DNA from: Lama guanicoe
Lineage: Eukaryota
Length of the DNA stretch: 64,000 bases
Assembly (NCBI GenBank): GCA_013239625.1
Contig: MU054098.1
Location: forward strand, 1,799,104-1,863,103
Reading direction: 5' to 3'
Positions 1 to 13,563 of the stretch are shown piece by piece. Position numbers and translations under genes: made by a program. A model generated the notes under the pieces. The model saw nothing but the letters and a program-made list of their open reading frames with translations, did no database searches and was not told the DNA's origin. Each line of letters opens with the position of its first letter. The stretch's first letter is position 1.

Positions 1-3000
1 ATTAGATTTTTAAATTTTGTTTTCAATGATTCATTGTCAGCATTTGGAAATATAATTGATTTTTGTATACTGACCTTGTATCATAAATTGCTAATCTCAT
101 TTACTAGTTCTAGGAATTATTTTTGTAGATTCCTTAGGATTTTCTACTCAGAAAATTTAACATCTGTGAATAAAGACAGATTTATTTCTTCTTATCCAAT
201 TAGTATGCATTTTCTTTCTTTTCCTTGCCTCATTTCACTCAAGAAGATCTAAAGTATACAGTTGAATAAGAGGGGTGAAAGTGGAAATCCTTTCTTGATT
301 CCCACTGTAGGTAAAAAGTATTCAGTCTTTCACCATTAAGTATGTTGTTACCTGAGGGATTTTGTTTCATTTTCTTTTGGTTTTACGTGTTTGATTTTGT
401 AAATTCTCTTTATCAGATTGAGTAACTCCCCCTTCAAGTCCTTGTTTGTTGATGATTTTTAAAATCATGAATTGATGTTGATTTTTGTCAAATTCTTTTC
501 CCTGCATCTTTTGATATGATCATATTTTTTTTTTCTTTCAACTGTTAGTATGGTGGATTAAATCGACTTCCAGTGATGAACCATCCCTACATTCCTGAGG
601 GAAACCCCATGTGGTCCTGATGTGTTATCATTTTCAGATATTATTGATTTTTATTTGCTAATATCTTGTTCAGGGTTTTGTATCTATGTTCATGATGGAT
701 ATTGGGCTTCTAGTTTTCTTTGATGTTTTTATCTGATTTTGATATCAGGGTGATGTTGTCCTCTTTTTTCTGGAAGAGATTGTATAGATTTAGGAGTATT
801 CCTTCCTTAAATATTTGATAGGATTCTCAAGTGGAGCCATCTGGACCTGGAGTTTTGTTTTGGAAATTTATTTAACTATGAAATCAGATTATTTAATAGA
901 TATAGGACTATCCAGTTACTTATTTCCTCCTGAGGAAGCTTTGGTAGTTTGTAACTTTCAAGAACTGGTCCAGTTTAACTAAGTTTTCAGATGTATGCAC
1001 ATACAATTGTCCTCAGTATTCCTTTATTATCCTTTTATATCTATAGGTTTTGTAGTGCCCCTCTTTCATTCCTGGTAATTTGTATCTTCAATCTTATCTT
1101 TGTTAATGTTGCTAGAGATTTATCAATTTTATTGAAATTTTTAAGAATGCAAGCTCTTGAATTCATTGATTTTTTCAATTGTTTTTCTGCTTTCACTTTC
1201 ATTGATTTCTGCTCTTATCTTTACTATTTCCTTGAATTTAATTTGCTCATCTTTACCACTTTCTTCAAGTAGATTAGGTAGATGTTTATTTTGAAAGCTT
1301 TTTCATTTCTAAGGGATATATTTAGTGCTACATATTTCCCTCAAAGAACTTCATTAGACCTGTCTCATAAATGTTGCAATTTAAATTTAATTCAAAATAT
1401 GTTATAATTTCCCCTGGCTCTTCCTCTTTTATTCATTGGTTATTTAGTAATGTTTTTCAAATATTTGAGGGTTTTTGAGACATGTTATATCTCTGTTACT
1501 AATTTCTAGTTTAATTTCATTATGGTCAGCAAACATACATTGTATGATTTCTATTCTTTTACAGTACTGGTTTGTTTTATGGCCCAGAATATGTTCCATG
1601 CGCACTTGATAAGAACTCAGGTTGGTGCTAGCGTTGTTCAGGTCTTCTATATCCACATTCATCTCCTCTGTAAGTTTTTCTAACAATTACTGAGATACCT
1701 GTTGAAGTTACTGTATACAATTGTGGATTTGCTTATTTTCTCTTTCAGTTCTATTTTTGTCAGATGTATTTTGAAGATCTGCTGTTAGCTGCCTATATAT
1801 TTGGGATTGATAGGTCTTCTTGGTGAACTTACCCTTTTATAATTATATAATTCTCTCTTTGCCCCGGTAATATATCTTGCTCTGAAGTTTACTTTGTCAG
1901 ATACTAATATAGCCACTATAGCATTTTTTGATTAATATTTTCATGGTATATCTTTTTCCATAATTTTACTTTTAACCTATATATGTCTTTATATTTAAAG
2001 TACATTTCATACAGACAGTATATAATTAGGTCTTCCTTTTATTATTCAATTTTCAATTTATGTCTTTTAATTAGTGTGTTTAGATTATTTACATTCAACG
2101 TACTTGGTGGCATGATTTGATTTAGATATGACATTATTTTGTTTCTGCTTGTCCCCTCCGTATTTGTTCTTGTTTCTGCTTTTTTTAGATTAGCTAAATA
2201 TTTTTTCTATTCTATTTCAATTTATATATTTGGCTTTTTTGAAATTTTTCTTTGAATTATAGTTTTAATAATTTCTCTAGAATAATTAATAATTAATAAT
2301 TAATAATGTCTCTACAAGTAACCTTTCATAAACTATTTAGAGTTAATATTTTGTGACATCAAGTAAAATATAAAAGTATATAACCAAGTAGATCCCTGTA
2401 ACTTTTATGTAATATTTTTTATAAATATAATATCTACTTACAATGAAAACACCACAAGACAATATTACACCTTTGATTTCAATAATAATACATATTTTAA
2501 AGGCCTTAGGAGAAAAGACTCTTTTATATTTACCTGTATATTTACCATCTCTGATGCTCTTTCTCAATTTCTTAGGATTTCAGTTTCCCTCTGATATAAT
2601 TTTCCTCTATCTTGAAAAATTTTCTTTAGCATTTCTTGTAGAACATGTCTGCTGTTGACACATTCTCTTAGTTTTCCTTTTTCAATAATGTCTTTATTTC
2701 ACCTTTAATCATAAAGCATATTTTCACTGGATATAGAATTTGGGGTTAAGAGTTCTTTGTTTTCAGCACTTTTTAGATGTTGTCCCACTGTCTCTGGCAT
2801 TCATCATGTTTGATGAGAAATCCACAGATATTTGAGTCATTGTTCCCATATATATAAATGTATGATATTTTCTTTGGCTGCTGTAAATATTTTTACAATT
2901 TATCTTTGGTTTTCTTAAGTCTGATTATGATACGGTTGGGCATGGTTTTCTGAGTTATTCTGTTCGGGTTCACTGAACTTCTTGAATCTGTAAATTGATG

Positions 3001-3208
3001 TTTCACCAAATGTAAGAAGTTTTCAGTTAATATTCCTTAAAATATTTTTTTGCACATCAATGTCTTTCTTCCCACCTTCTGGAGGTCTAATAATAAGAAT
3101 GCTAGACTTTTTAATATTGCTTCACAGGTCCCTCAAGCTCTGTTCATTTTGTTCATCTTCTAATTTTCTTTATCTTGGTGCTGGATAATATTTATTGACC
3201 TATTTTCT

Positions 3209-3622
3209 TTTATTTCCAGTTTACTGAGGTATTATTGATAAATAAAAATTGTATATATTTAAGGCATATGTGATAGTTTGATAAGCATATATATTATGAA
3301 TGATAACTGGAATCAGGCAAATTAACACATCCACCACCTCATATAGTTACCTTTTTTTTTTGGTGTATTAAGAACGCTTAAGATCTACTCTCTTAGCAAA
3401 TTTCAAGTATACAATACAGTGTTATTAACTACAGTCACCAGGCTGTACAATAGATCCTCAAAACTTACTCATCTTATGATTGAAAGTTTGTACCTTCTGA
3501 TTAAACTCTCCCCATTTTCCCTACCCCTCATCCCCTGGTAACCAACATTGTATTTATTATCTGGTTCTACAAGTTCAACTTTTTTAGAGTCCACAAATAA
3601 GTGAAATCATACAGTATTTGTC
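3209..3622 (-). mobile_element. 5'-truncated L1 3' end (L1MA-like) nested in the older L1
   Basis: L1 3'UTR sequence. TSD ttattgacctattttct (3192-3208) / ttattaacctattttct (3623-3639). Confidence 0.88.
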
Positions 3623-4121
3623 TTATTAACCTATTTTCTAGTTACTGACTCTGTCCTCTGTCATCTCTGGTCTACTATTGAGACTATCTGATAAATTTTT
3701 CATTTCAAATGTTGTATTTTACAATTCTAAATATTCCATTTTTTTATACTTTCTATTTCTCTGCTGAAAACATCTATCTATTCATTCATTTCAAGTGTTT
3801 TTTCCTTAACCTCATAGATATAAATATAATTGCTATTTTAAAGACTTTGTGTGATAATTTCAACATCTGGGTTTTCTCAATGTTTGCATCTGTTGACTGT
3901 CTTCTCCCTTGAGAATTGGTCCTATTCTCCTGGCTCTTGGTATGTCCAGTTTAGATCGTGTCTCAGACATTTTGACTGCAATATTGTTTAGACTCTGGGT
4001 CTGGGATTTCTGGTCTTTTGGAGAATGTTGATGCTTTTGTTTTATCAGGCAATCATTCTGTTAGATGTAGTACATAAATTCTGTCTTGCCTTAAATGGGT
4101 GGCAGTTCAAATCTTAGTTTA

Positions 4122-4509
4122 AAATATGGAATAGCCATACAATGGAATACTTTTCATCCTTAAAAAAGAACAAAATACTCATATATGTTACAATATGGAT
4201 GGACTTCAAAACCATTATGCTATGTGAAATAAGCCAGATGCAAAAGACTACATATTGCATGATTCCATTCATATGAAATGGCCAGAAAATGCAACTCTAT
4301 ATAGAGAAAAAGTTGATTAGCAGTTTCCAGGGGTGAGAACAGAGGTTAACTATAAACAGAAACAAGTGGGCTGATGGAAATGATCAAAACAGAACTGTAG
4401 TGATATTTGTACACCTCAGTAAATTTCCCCCAGAACATTCAATTATAAACTTAAAACAGATGAATTTTATAGTAAGTAAAGTATACCTCAGTAAAGTTGC
4501 TAAAATATT
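4122..4509 (+). mobile_element. 5'-truncated L1 3' end (L1MB/MC-like)
   Basis: catacaatggaatac...atacctcagtaaagttg. TSD aaatcttagttta (4109-4121) / aaatcttatttta (4510-4522). Confidence 0.85.
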
Positions 4510-5081
4510 AAATCTTATTTTATTTCTCAAAGAATTCGCTCTGCTTATTTGGATCTGTCTCATGTAAGTATTATTCAGGGTTAATCTGAAACTTGCGGGG
4601 ATGATTCTAATCTCACTTCAGTTGTAAAAGCCCTTGCTCTACTCATTAGGGCCTATCCTATAAATGTATAGCTCAGGGGTTCACCTGAGACTTGTGCAGA
4701 ATTGGAGGACCCCTTCTCCAGCTTTCTCCCCTCTGTGATCCTTCCCATAGTATCCAGCATTGTGGCTCTTTTTTCCCTTGTTCTCTTGGCCAGAAAGTTG
4801 ACGAATTTTCTTTCAAAGTTTTAGCCTCTAACATCACCATGCTGCTATGTGACTGGGACCTATTCTAGACACAAAGCAGCACAAGGGAAAAAATGGGAGA
4901 CTCATCCCCATGCAGGTCACTTCTCCAAGTTTTGACTTCTTTCCATAGTACTACTGTTTTTGTTAACTTTTCATGTTAAGTAGCATTTTTTGTATTTTTC
5001 CAAATTTTTCAGTTGTAGTCAGACAGAATGATGGGCTGTAGCCATCTGACATAGCCATAATGGAACTACAACTACGACACT

Positions 5082-5185
5082 TCTGGTTTTAAATCAGAGC
5101 TCTGCCACTCACTAGCTGTATGACATTGAATTAATCACCTAATTTTTCTGAGTCTCTTTTATTTTTGTCTATAAACTGAAATCCA
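5082..5185 (+). mobile_element. MIR fragment
   Basis: ctctgccactcactagctgtatgac...tctataaactg core. Confidence 0.75.
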
Positions 5186-5289
5186 TTTTTATTACTCAAA
5201 AAATGATAGAAAAATGGGCAAGGGCAGACTTCCTAAAAATAATACATTATCATTGGGTACCAGAGAGGATAGACCCTCCTTGTCTAAAA

Positions 5290-5445
5290 CGCATTACTTA
5301 ATTGTAATTTTTTGTTTAATTGTCTGTCTTCTCTACTAGAACAGAAGTTCTATGAAGTCAGGAACTGTGTTCTCCTCATGTATGGCTATATCTCTGCAGT
5401 ACTTTCCACAGAATAGGCACTGGCTATTCATTCAATAAATAAAGA
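5290..5445 (+). mobile_element. L2 3' end
   Basis: tgtctgtcttctctactagaacagaagttctatgaagtcagg...tcaataaat. Confidence 0.75.
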
Positions 5446-6007
5446 TCCCTATAGACAGTGAGTCCACTCGGCACCCTACATTTCTAGCACTTAAACCTCT
5501 AACTCCTGTGACATTCATCTCCACTTCATTCCACCCACTCATGGCCATTGAGTCCTCCAGATCTTTCCATCCCCCGGGGTTGCTCTACATCGGAAAGCCT
5601 TAACCGCAATACCCCATCCACTCTCTGGCCTCAAATCTTTATGTTTACAGTAACCCTTTACCCTTCCACCTTCAGTCTTAATATATATACTCTTGACTCA
5701 TGACAACTTGTTCTTTTTCTCCCAGTCTTTTAGTAAAAGGCTTGTGGCACCTTTGAGGCTATAAAACATAGTTGGAGAAATCTCGCAGGTTGCTTCTCTC
5801 TGTTTCTTTTGGGCTCCATTTGATGAACCGTGTGGGTTCAAGGACACATCTTTAGAGTGTAATTTTAGGTATTAGGGATACGTAATGTAATTAGAGAGAC
5901 ATGAATGCAATCCATTTTGATAATTCACCTCTCAGCTTGAAGCCCTGTATGCTCAGTGTGCTACATAATGTGCCAAGCTCTGAAAAGCCATGTTAGATTA
6001 TCGTTAC

Positions 6008-6715
6008 CTGACAAAACTACATTTCTTCAAAAATAGTTCTCATTATACCACACATATTATCTCTATATTGATTTGTACATTGAAATTATTTCTGTTTTCA
6101 TGAAAAGCATAATCGAGTAATAATAGAGGTTTTTTGCTTTTCTAAAAAAATGCATGGTGGGGAGAAGATGTTTTTGAATAAGCAATTTTTTGCTCATTCA
6201 TTGGAAACAAATGTTTTATGAAACTAAACAAATCAATGTAATCTGTCTTTTAATTCTGGTTTGGTGTTTGGGGAATAAATTTCTCATCGGTCTTTTTGAT
6301 TCTTTAATATCATTAACCTAGGGCACTGGCAGATTTGCAAGTGATTTATATTACTTGGGATACATTTACATGTCTTTCTAGTTTCATATGTTAGTAAAAT
6401 TTTTACATGTTTTTGCTAAAATAGACAAGTCTCTGTGCTTAAGAGTAGCAATTTTTTATGATGACTTTGAATCATGAACTGGAATTGATGATAAATTCCT
6501 CTTTTGAGAGGGTGGGTCCCTGGGGTGTAAGGAGGTGAATTAAGGGGAGAGAAATAATGAGGAAAGAGACCTACTTCTGCTTATTGGTAAGGCCAATGCT
6601 AGCCCTGTTTTACCTAAGTCTCAATTTATTCCTGAACTAAAAATTCTCTCTTTAGTTTCTCTTTCCTTTATCATCCTTAGCCTGCTGGCAAGTATTGAAT
6701 CTTGTTTATCCTAAC
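6008..6715 (-). pseudogene. Candidate large C-terminal pseudo-exon
   Basis: ttctAG acceptor in phase with the previous exon. DKQDSILASRLRMIKERETKERIFSSGIN*DLGKTGLALALPISRSRSLSS... with many stops. cag|GTAACG at 6007. Confidence 0.4.
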
Positions 6716-6924
6716 CTAGAACTATTTGGTTTCTCGGGGAATAGTTCACAAATGTCATGTACCCAAGACAGAAGCTGCATATATTTAGCCACCCGGAAAA
6801 GGAACCAGCTCTGACTAATAAGACATCACATACTCAGAATTCACGTCATATACACACTGTCACGCTACCAACTTAGGCTTAAGTATGTGATTTAAAAGCC
6901 ATAAAATAATAGAACTGAGAGCAG

Positions 6925-7015
6925 ACAGAGATAATATAATCTAACCCCTCATCTATTTTATAGATGGGGAAACTGAGCACCTGAGAGGTTAACTGACATG
7001 CCCGAGGTCACACCC
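6925..7015 (-). mobile_element. MIR fragment
   Basis: ttttatagatggggaaactgagcacctgagaggttaactgacatgcccgaggtcacac. Confidence 0.8.
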
Positions 7016-7086
7016 AAGCTATATCATTCTTTTATATTGTACACTCACTCTGTGACAGTAGAATATTTTGTAATGTTACATGTTAC

Positions 7087-7253
7087 AATAACTATTGCCA
7101 TTGTAATCACACAATGATGCATTTTCTTCTTCCATCCCCCCGTTATAAAATATAAAAATAATCAGGAATATCAGTTCGTTGTCAGAACACTTGGTCTGCT
7201 GTTTTAGATCATAAGCATGAAATTGCTTCCATTTGGCGTCTTGCTTTTCATAG
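7087..7253 (-). pseudogene. Pseudo-exon
   Basis: cattttgcAG acceptor, in phase with exon 8297-8339 (tc|c = S). Open frame YEKQDAKWKQFHAYDLKQQTKCSDNELIFLIIFIFYNGG; GTAACA donor. Confidence 0.6.
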
Positions 7254-7280
7254 CTGCAAAATGCAATTTCATTAAATACC

Positions 7281-7735
7281 ATTGATTCGTTTTTTTCAGC
7301 AAGCTTTTGAAACTATGTTCTTGAGGCTAGAGGCCAAAGGTGATACAGGAAGGGTGTTACAAACAAAGTAAGAGTTGCATTTTTCACTGCCATGGAAGAG
7401 CTTTGGAACTAGCTGGAGGAGGGAGCTAAATATATAGAAAATGACTAAAGGACAATGCAAAGCTATATACCTGCAGGTGCAGAGGATTGTGCAAACAATT
7501 ATGTGAGTGCTGAGATGACCCAGAATAATGGTGTGACCTAAGTCAAATGGGGTTAATTGAGCAATTTCCTGGAAAAGGTGAGTTTTGTGCAAGATTATGA
7601 AAGCAATGAAAATGTTGTGGCATTGAAGAGTAAAGAGCACTCTCTGTGGGGTAATGACAACAGTGAAAGCATGGAACTGAGAAGCTGAATAGTGTGTAGG
7701 GGCAGAAAGGAAATTAGTTTGGCTGTAACAGAGGG
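7281..7735 (-). mobile_element. L2 3' fragment
   Basis: Purine-rich degenerate L2 3' end. Confidence 0.6.
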
Positions 7736-7857
7736 ATCAATCCTAACTCTAGACCATAACAAACCAACAGTGTTGGTGCTTGGGATAAATACAGCAGCAA
7801 TTCTTGAATGGTAATGTCAAGGATTTACATGCTACCTTCCAAGCACTAGCTATCTAT

Positions 7858-8118
7858 CCATTCATTAAATCAGTATTCATTGAATACCTATGTACTGTGC
7901 CTTACCTCATGCCAGGCACTATGATAAGAGCTTTAAACATTGCCTCATCTATCCTTCACAACAATACTGTCGGTTTTAATGCATTCCCTTGCTTTGTTTA
8001 TAAGGAAACAGCCTCAGAGGAAATGAATGACATTTCCAAAGTCGCAGAGCTAGCAAAAGGGAGAGACTCAGAGCCAGAACTTCGGTCTCTAGAGCTCCCA
8101 CTTATAACCACTAAAGCT
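7858..8118 (-). mobile_element. MIR
   Basis: tgccaggcact...cttcacaacaat...ataaggaaacagcctcagag...ccaaagtcgcagagctag. Confidence 0.8.
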
Positions 8119-8296
8119 AATATGGATTCTTCATAGAATTTTGAGCAAGAGAAGAATATAATGAAAACACTATTCATAAGAGATTATGCCAATGGTTCTG
8201 TGAAGGATAAACATAAAAGCAAAGTTCATAATTTTTAAATGGCTCATATGAAATATTAACCATGAATTTAGTCACAACTAATCTTAAAGTACATAC

Positions 8297-8339
8297 GACT
8301 TCCCCGCTGAATTTTTTAAAAATCGTATATATGAAAGTT
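8297..8339 (-). pseudogene. 43-nt pseudo-exon with the RGS C-terminal motif
   Basis: taacctttcttctttcacctcAG acceptor, GTATGT donor. (E)LSYIRFLKNSAGKS vs canonical RGS DSYPRFLKS. Confidence 0.72.
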
Positions 8340-8877
8340 CTGAGGTGAAAGAAGAAAGGTTAAGACTTAATACCACCTGTTTCCTACTCCCAGCTGTGCT
8401 GAACAATGAGAACAATACACCCAAATTTCATTCTCTTCCCTGGCAGGCTAGCATTCAAGGAGATTTATTTATGTACATTTATGCATTTATTTAATTTTGG
8501 TAGGAAATAAAATCCCAGCAAAGAATTATTTTTTCTTTTTATGTATCTAGCCAAAATTATCTAGAAGTCAATTATCCCTTGTGCAGCAGTTTCATGATAA
8601 AAATAAAAACTACCAAAAAAAATTGTTCAAATTAGTTTCTGCCTCAAAGAAGAGTTATAGGCTTGGGTCAGAGAACATTTAGACTTAATATTACAAAGTT
8701 ACTTCTCCTACCAGTAGTGAAACATCTAGATTAGAAACATGAAAAAATAAATAAAAATCTATGGTGAGCATCACTGCCTGTGGCCACTAACCATGTATAC
8801 GCTGAGGACCTGCAATGAGCCAGGCACTGAGCAAGCTGCCTTTGTTTAATCGGTTTGCTTCTTTCCACAGAGATGCC

Positions 8878-9053
8878 CAAGATATGTTAGAATTTGTTTA
8901 AGATTAAAGAAAAAGATATGCTAGGAAATGTTATTTCTAGGATCTCAAGTACTAGACCAATTCTGCCTCCTTTAGTTGAAATCCCATATAAATTGTTGCT
9001 AATTTTTCATTATCTGAACTCATTTTGGTATTTTAATAGCCAACTCCCTTTCC
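8878..9053 (-). pseudogene. Pseudo-exon
   Basis: ctctccAG acceptor. ERELAIKIPK*...IS*HIFFFNLKQILTYL-g. The donor reads GGCATC (GT lost). Confidence 0.5.
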
Positions 9054-9377
9054 CTGGAGAGACTGATCCACAGTAAATATAAACTTTGACCTGAGGCCTC
9101 AGCTGCTTCATTTGACAAATGAGCTATGATGGGTCTTGGACATAACTAGTCTAAGTCCCTAAGAGTGCAGGACAACTGCTAAGGAATTGCTAAAGTCCCT
9201 TCAAGCTCCAACAGTCTCTAACCCACAGAATGTCAATGGGATTGTATTATTTTCTCTTCCTGTGGTCATTCTTCGGGCCAATATATGACCATCTCTATTT
9301 ACTTTTGTGCTAAAAATGCAGCCTGGAAGAAACTCCAAAAGAAGGAAGTTTGAAGGTATTTCCTTTTAAGAAAATAC

Positions 9378-9862
9378 TTTTAACCCCAAAGAAGTTGTAA
9401 CATAGAGCATTAACAAAGTTAGAAAGAAAATGAGCATCTCTTAGATTAATGTCTAACCTATTCATAAAGCCAATCCAGGAAGGAAATTCCTAAATTCTCA
9501 TGGGTAATCTTCTTGAGAAGCTAACAAATAGTGCCAAATATTTACATTCTTGCTTGAAACTGACTAAACTTTGGCTTCTTGAAAATGTTACCTGTCTTCA
9601 CTATCCCTACAGTTTTTCATGCTGTACCATGTCCATGGTGAGAGCTCTTTACACCTATTTTTAGATGTTGACTGAGACTGTTGTTCAGTATAAGGCTCTG
9701 GTGACCTGGGAAACCAAAGCTCTTGCAACTGAACTTGAAAAAAGTTTACAGTTTGCATGTGATTGATCTAGTTCATTTTCATTCTTGTCAACATGTAGCT
9801 TCTCGTAAATATTCTTAGCTTACAGGATATGACCAGAACAGTTTAAACAGTCACTTCAAATT
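9378..9862 (-). pseudogene. Pseudo-exon, end of one RGS domain and start of the next
   Basis: Acceptor tttctgtctattctAG. IL*AKNIYEK..(fs)QVQLQELWFPR...YLALFVSF(fs)LKKITHENLGISF(fs)WIG...NALCYNFFG. Confidence 0.62.
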
Positions 9863-10167
9863 CTAGAATAGACAGAAACATTTTTAAGCTGCTCATTTTC
9901 CAAGGTCTGGCTAGTTTAGGGAACTGGATCATCAGAGCAATGAGATCATTGTCCAGTGTTCAAACATTTTAAGCTAAAATTGAATCTGAACCTTTTAATT
10001 TTTCAAAAATCTCTGACACAAATTTACATATTCTGTAAATTCAAATGTAAATTTGTATAAATGTGAAATAGAATGTAAATGTGTAAATTTTGTACGTATA
10101 ATAAATAAATGCATATTCAATGGTATATGTGCAAATTGCATATATATCTATGCTTATAAATATACAC

Positions 10168-10316
10168 ACAGGTAGAACAGGAATCTCAGATCATTTATTT
10201 TAAATATGTTTGTCCTTCCGAAATAGTAGTGGGACCTCAGTGCTTTGATATTTCTTCTCCTTTCTCCTTCCCACTCTCAAAAGTTATGAAGATACTACTG
10301 ATAATAGCAGTGATTT
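10168..10316 (-). pseudogene. Candidate pseudo-exon
   Basis: ctgttctAG acceptor. Fragments IKALRSHYYF and YLKINDLRFLFYL, positioned before the AKNIYEK exon. Confidence 0.3.
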
Positions 10317-10404
10317 CTAGAACAGATTTGATAAGCATGAGAATATTCATTTATATAGAATAATTTTTCTACATAACAAGAGCTTAAAGAGTAAAAAGAA
10401 AATC

Positions 10405-10705
10405 TACCAGTCATTGGCCCAGATCTAGCCTACATAGATCTAGTCTGTTTTAATTGATTCAACATTTAAAAAACAAGACATATCACTTTTTCAAAAATCT
10501 AGATTTCTGACTTCTCTTGAAAAATCCAAAGATTTGGCAACACCAGGCATACATTGCAGTGTGAGCCACAATCAACAGGAACCAAGTAGCTGCTTCTGTC
10601 TTCAGATAGTGCTGTACTTTTCAGTATGTCACAGCCAAACAGGTCATCTCAATTATTTGTTACATGCTTGGCCCTTATACTCAACTAAGTTTGCAACCAC
10701 TGATT
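10405..10705. mobile_element. hAT-Charlie-type DNA transposon remnant (MER102-like)
   Basis: aaatctagatttctgacttctcttgaaaaatccaaagatttggcaacac motif. Confidence 0.55.
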
Positions 10706-10779
10706 GGTCCAACCTTCTCACATAATAGAGGTTGACTAGTTCAGAAGTTAAGTGACTATCCTGAAGTCATTCCAGGGGA

Positions 10780-12500
10780 GAACACAATGAGTATACATAG
10801 TCTTTGCCCTCAAAAAGTTTATAATCTGCTGCAGGAGAATACACATTTATAATAAAGTACAGAATATGATAATGACCATAATAGAAGCATATACAAAATG
10901 CAGAGAAAGTTGCAAGAAGAGATCACATCTTGCTGGGCACATCAAGAAAGGCTTCATGAAGGAAGTATCATTTCTAAGCAGAAGATATCATCAGAAACCA
11001 GTTTGTCAGGTTTCTCAGCACAAATTCTAGCTCTGATGTTTAGCAGCATTGTGACTGCTGCTAAATTACTTAGTCTCTCAGGGCCTCAGTTTTCTTATCT
11101 GTAAAATGGAGACAATAATAGAATGCCCTGAACAGGACTGTTGTGAGACCTGAATGGGAAAATAGAGGTAACAAACTTTGCACATAGTAAACAACTACCA
11201 AAATATTCTTCTTCTTCTTATTTTTATGGAAAAAGTAGAGTATTTATAGATGGAAAAGAAACAGGTGATTCCACCCTGCAGAGTGAGCATCTATTTGGAA
11301 AAAAATATAGTCAAGGAACAGCAAATACAAAATAGGGATGAATTATAAATAAAGGTGGCAGCCAGGAGCCTCCCCAAAGCCAGAGGAACTCCCTCCCAGG
11401 GAGAGGGTGAGAACACGAAGGGAAAGCAAAAGCTGGTCAGTCCATCCAGCTGACATAACACCTTTCATCCTGCCACCTCTCTGGCTGACTGGGAGCTCCC
11501 ACCCTCCTCAGCCACACGCCCATGTGATAATCATAATAAAGAGATGCACAGTAGAATATGAGAATGTTAGAGAATGTTGAAGTCCAGGGAGTCATAAATG
11601 TCTTTTCTAAAGGAAAATAAGCTAAGATCTAAATGATGAGTCAACCAGAGAAAATGGGGAAAGTGCATTCCTAGCTAAGTAAAGAGCATGTTCAAAGGTC
11701 CTGTGGCAAGAAGGAGCATAGAGAGAATAAGAATTAAAGGAAGGCTAGTGCAGGGTGAGATGACACTGGAGAGAGTGAGAATGGGTCAAATCACTCAGAG
11801 CTTTGTAGGTCTTGTAAAGACTTTTAAACTTTCCTCAACATCAGCAGCAAGGAGAATTATGTGTTATATCTATATTTTGAAATGGCTGCACCATGGAAAT
11901 GGAATTGAAGATTGCTTAGAAGATTTTCGAAGTAGTCTAGGTGATAAAGAGCAAAGTGCACTAGACTAATGGTGGTGGAACTAGAGAAGAAACAAAACAG
12001 ATATTTAGGAGGAGGAATGAAGAGAGTTAGTGATGGATTGGATGTGGCAAGGAAAGAAGAAAGCAGCGTCAATAATGATTTTGACTTGCACACTAGAATA
12101 CGTGGTGGCCTTTGTGGAAGAGATCATTACTTGGAGAGGTAAATTGTAATTTTATTTTTGAACATGGTAAGCATGAATGCCTTTAGAGTAAAAAGATATA
12201 TCATGTGGGCAAGCTCTAAGAGCCTGGAACTAGAGGAATAACCTATGCTAGAGATAAAATGTTGAGTCACCTGAACGCGGTGGTAATTAATTCAAATGTT
12301 GGACATGAATGAGATCTCCTAAGGAAAGAGTACACATTGAGAAAATAAGAGTTCCTAACACCAGCTGGGTAGTATAAGATGAAACTGTACACAAGAGAGG
12401 AAGAAGGAAGCCAAAGATGTAGTTGGAAACCTCAAGGGATTTGTTCAGGAAGACTAAGACAATAGAGTATTTCAAAGAGTCAATGGTTTAAACTACAGAA
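10780..12500 (-). mobile_element. L2 fragments, with a + strand MIR at ~11000-11200
   Basis: L2 motifs (tttgccctcaaaaagtttataatct; agcatgttcaaaggtcctgtggcaaga; tgatggattggatgtgg). MIR core gggcctcagttttcttatctgtaaaatgg. Confidence 0.75.
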
Positions 12501-12554
12501 TGCTGGCAATCATAGTAAAAACAAAATTGGCATAGTTTTCCTTTTTGCTGTTAC

Positions 12555-13077
12555 ATCATGCAAGCTCATTTCTAAATGTTGCATCAAGTTCCCTTCTTGT
12601 ATCTTGTTGGCTTTACAACAGTGAAAGTTTTAGTATGGAAACTCCTTCACTGCTCCTTCGTTACATAAAGAAGAGAATTCTGAGATACAGGAGAAAAAGG
12701 TAGGAACCAAAAAAAAAAAACCAAAAGGTACTACAAGCTCTTCCATGTCCACTTGAACATGGGTTTCTATTTCCAAGTTTGCTATGAAAAGAAAAGGAAA
12801 AAAAAAAAACAAACCTTAAGAAGCTGTATTCTTCTGCAGGTTCTTGGGAGCATTTTCAATTCTATTTCTGTAATTGTGATTGCTTCTCTTCAAAGTGGAC
12901 CCAACTAATCGAATGGGTGCATCTTAGAAAAAGTAAAAGCTGCTGTGCACACAACAATAATCACCAATTAATGCTAACCCCAGTTTTGTGACTGGTTAGT
13001 GTTCTCCCTTCTCCTCTTTTAAATCACCATCTATTATTTGGCAAAGTTAGCGTGACTTCTAGTTATCCCATTGCATC
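12555..13077 (-). pseudogene. Pseudo-exon, complete RGS-like domain
   Basis: Acceptor ttttcttcttttcttctttcAG. KLGLALIGDYCCVHSSFYFF..(fs)L*REAITITEIE..RIQLLKV..FIANLEIETHVQVDMEEL..PTFFSCISEF..VKEF. Poly-T expansions inside; 3' end uncertain. Confidence 0.58.
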
Positions 13078-13563
13078 CTGAAAGAAGAAAAGAAGAAAAC
13101 AACTGCTATGGGATAGCTCCAGATTTTGCATCTGTTATTAAATAAATTTAAAGTAGCAATAATGAAAAATAAACTTCAGGTTAAAAAGAAATAAACCTCA
13201 GGCTCTGCCAACAATCCACACTTCATAATTCTTGTTTTGTAGGCTATCAGTTTTCGCAAATGTAACTATTGGTTCCCCAGACCATACCAGTCACAGGAAG
13301 TAATTAAGGGCCCAGATTACATTTAAGGCATAGTGGGCTCAAATTTTCCATTCAATTTTCATTCTACTGTTGACTTTTTTTAATTCTGTTTTTTATTGAA
13401 GTCAATTCTTTTTAATTGAGCATCTACTATGCGCCAGGCACTATTTTAGGTGGTAACAGTAAGCAGTGAAGCAGACATAAATCCTTGCCTTAACGGAGCT
13501 TATCTATGGCTTTACTTTGACTTTGTGAGGCTTTCACAAAGGCCCCCTTGCTAACTAGTTTAC

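Larger units (their letters stand above)
1..5070 (-). mobile_element. Old L1 (L1M-type): ORF2, ORF1 and 5' region, with two nested L1 3' ends
   Basis: Antisense ORF2 remnants (ORF 1444..1686: EHILGHKT...IEIIQCMFADHNEIKLEI, endonuclease end), T-rich on the + strand. Confidence 0.9.
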
